Source of the DNA: Psammoneis japonica
Lineage: Eukaryota
Length of the DNA: 47,590 nucleotides
Assembly: GCA_008632985.1 (NCBI GenBank)
Contig: QPGO01000167.1
Location: 124,001-171,590 of the forward strand
Direction: 5' to 3'
Part shown: positions 45,621 to 47,590 of the stretch, piece after piece
Numbering within the stretch: position 1 is the first letter of the stretch
How the letters are laid out: each line of letters begins with the position of its first letter
Notes under the pieces: generated by a model
What the model was told of the DNA's origin: nothing
Database searches by the model: none
The model's input: only the letters and a program-made list of their open reading frames with translations
Position numbers and translations under genes: made by a program

Positions 45621-47590
45621 CTAAAACGGATCATTTTCTGTATCCTCGTATTTCTCCCAGTATCCAGTTGTGTGACTATGGGCTTGAGAGCAGGCGGTGA
45701 CAAAAAGAGGCTCCAAGGCCTTTGGATGGTGTGCTTGGGTAAGACAGTTGGTTGGCTGATCCACAGGCCGAATGTCAAACCGGTGGAATCTGAAGCTTCC
45801 AAATCCTTCCCCTGGCCTCCATCTTTGTCTTGATACACTCGGATCACAATCTAGAAGTGTGACGGCCTTTTCTCGCGTAGGTCTGACCCCAACACACCTG
45901 TTCGTCCCCACCATTCTGATCATGTCTCCCGGCAAATTGTCTACCTCGGACGTGAAGTCAAATTCCCAAAGAGTCGTGTTTTCCAACCTGCAGTGGTCAA
46001 CCCTCAGGCGACCCTCAATGAGATTCATGCACCACTTCTTTTCAATAGTCTTGTTTTGCCACCTGTAGGTGGAATTCCAGTAGAGCTTGATTGCATGGGG
46101 CGAAATAACCTGCGCAGTTGGGGCTGGAGATGAGCTCGGTGCTGCAGTCATGTCGAAATTGATCCCGACTTCATTTCCTTGGATGTCAAACTCCCGAATA
46201 GAATATCCATCGTTGGTTCCACTCTTGATTCCCTTCATGGCGACATATCGTCCAGTCGCGCCACTGTCGAGAGGGAGAAAGTCCGTTTTCGACGTGCTGT
46301 CTACGATAGATCTCCGGACAGTCCAGACATTGGCATCGTTGGAGGTTTCAATGTCGTAAGTCCTCCCTGCTGCCGGGCCGTCTTTCCAATACATTATGAT
46401 GCGGTTGATTTGGTACTCCTTACCCAAGTCGACATAAATCCACTCATCGTCCCCGGGACCACTTTGCCAGCGGGTGCTTCTTACCCCGTCGATGGCGTTA
46501 GTCGCCGGCAAACTCTCCGTCTCTGATGAAGCCGTCACTCCCACGCGCGGAAGCATAGCTCTTGGATCAAACGGAAGCGAACCTTCGGAAGTTGGAGCTG
46601 GAGTAGAGATATCTCCGGTAGTTGGAGCTGGTGTTAGAGGAGTTCTGGTTGGGCTTGGAGTAGCGACCGGCGAGGGCGTCACACCAAGGAAATCTCCAAA
46701 AATCTCAAACTCTCGAATGGAATACCGATTGGCATTTCCTCGACTGACTCCTCTCATGCGGACATACCTTGTGACAACTCCCACAAAGAAATTAACGACC
46801 TCAACCTTTCGATTACTCCGAACAACGGATTCCTGCTTGTTCCATGTGATGGCGTCGTCGGATGTTTCAATGTCGTAGCTCCTGCCAAGACCCTTCACCG
46901 GAGACCATTGTAGGATCACTCGTGTTACGGAGTACGAATCGCCCATATCGACATAGATCCACTCATTGTCTTCAAGCTTACTTTGCCAGCGTGTGTCCAC
47001 CATTCCATCGATAACGTTACTTGCAGGCAATACCTTGGTATCAGAAGAAGCCTTGGCCGCTCTTCGAGGAAGAGTCGAATAGCTTGACGTAGCTTCCGCA
47101 GTTGAAAAAATAGTGGGAGACGGCGTGGCATTCGGATCGAAAACTGTAGGACTTGGCGTAGTGGACGGCTCCGCACTATTTGGGTCACCTTCGACGATAA
47201 ACTCTCGTAGTGAGTACCCTCTGATGTTATCGAGTTTAACTCCTTGCATTCTGACGTATCGCGCCTTCGCCGTGAAGAGGATGAATATCGTCTGCTTGTT
47301 GCTATTCATGATGGACTTTGGGTTGTCCAATCTTTCAAATCCATGGAAGTATCGATGTTGTAAGTCCATCCTCGCTGTTCCGCTGCTGGCCAAAAGAGAG
47401 TTAATCGATTCACAGCATATACTGCTCCAAGTCTACGTAGATCCATTCGTCGTCGGTGGGGTCACTTTGCCAACGGGTGCTCTTCACACCATCGATCGCG
47501 TTTTTCTCTGGATATCTCGGCAACGCCGATGAAGCAGTAACTCCAACTCGTGGAGAGAGGAATCTCACTGTCGCAGTTGGAGTTGGCTCC
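45621..47590 (-). CDS. Paralog of 28291-30792: F5/8 type C repeats plus ricin-B-like domain; 5' part beyond window, frameshifts ~47300-47420
   Basis: TRWQS...EWIYVD(M/L)G and RYV.M.G...YSIREF repeats; C-terminal KLYW..YRWQ...GFGSFRFHRFDIRPVDQ...HHPK nearly matching the other copy; another RWQSDPTDDEWIYVDL at ~47430-47480 in a different frame. Confidence 0.85.

Noticed and set aside
1..47590. rRNA, tRNA or telomeric repeats
   Set aside because: None recognised by eye; no covariance search could be run.

Overview
Eukaryotic genomic DNA, most likely a diatom (inferred from GT-AG introns, bipartite plastid presequences and diatom-type protein families). Islands of intact host genes alternate with blocks of decayed transposons and pseudogenes. 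Host genes: an intronless S1 sulfatase, a head-to-head pair of PPDK regulatory protein and 5-exon PPDK, a Tat-type thylakoid lumen protein, two tandem FG-GAP beta-propeller genes and two F5/8C(CBM32)+ricin-like genes. Decayed elements: a Ngaro-type tyrosine-recombinase retrotransposon with complete split direct repeats, a Gypsy integrase fragment, two copies of a 396-bp MITE, a tandem pair of TIR elements, an EF-hand pseudogene and an HA-domain exon-intron array. The most striking signal is that the decayed blocks are almost free of TpA. Paired repeats, palindromes and conserved Tyr codons show TpA converted to CpA or TpG (A:T to G:C), alongside ordinary CpG decay. This is the opposite polarity to fungal RIP, appears to depend on position rather than on having a duplicate, and points to a domain-targeted TpA hypermutation or TpA-modification system. 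Many genes carry single-base deletions in short runs, so the assembly is probably imperfect, and a modification-induced base-calling artefact must be excluded. All counts were made by hand and coordinates of decayed blocks are approximate.
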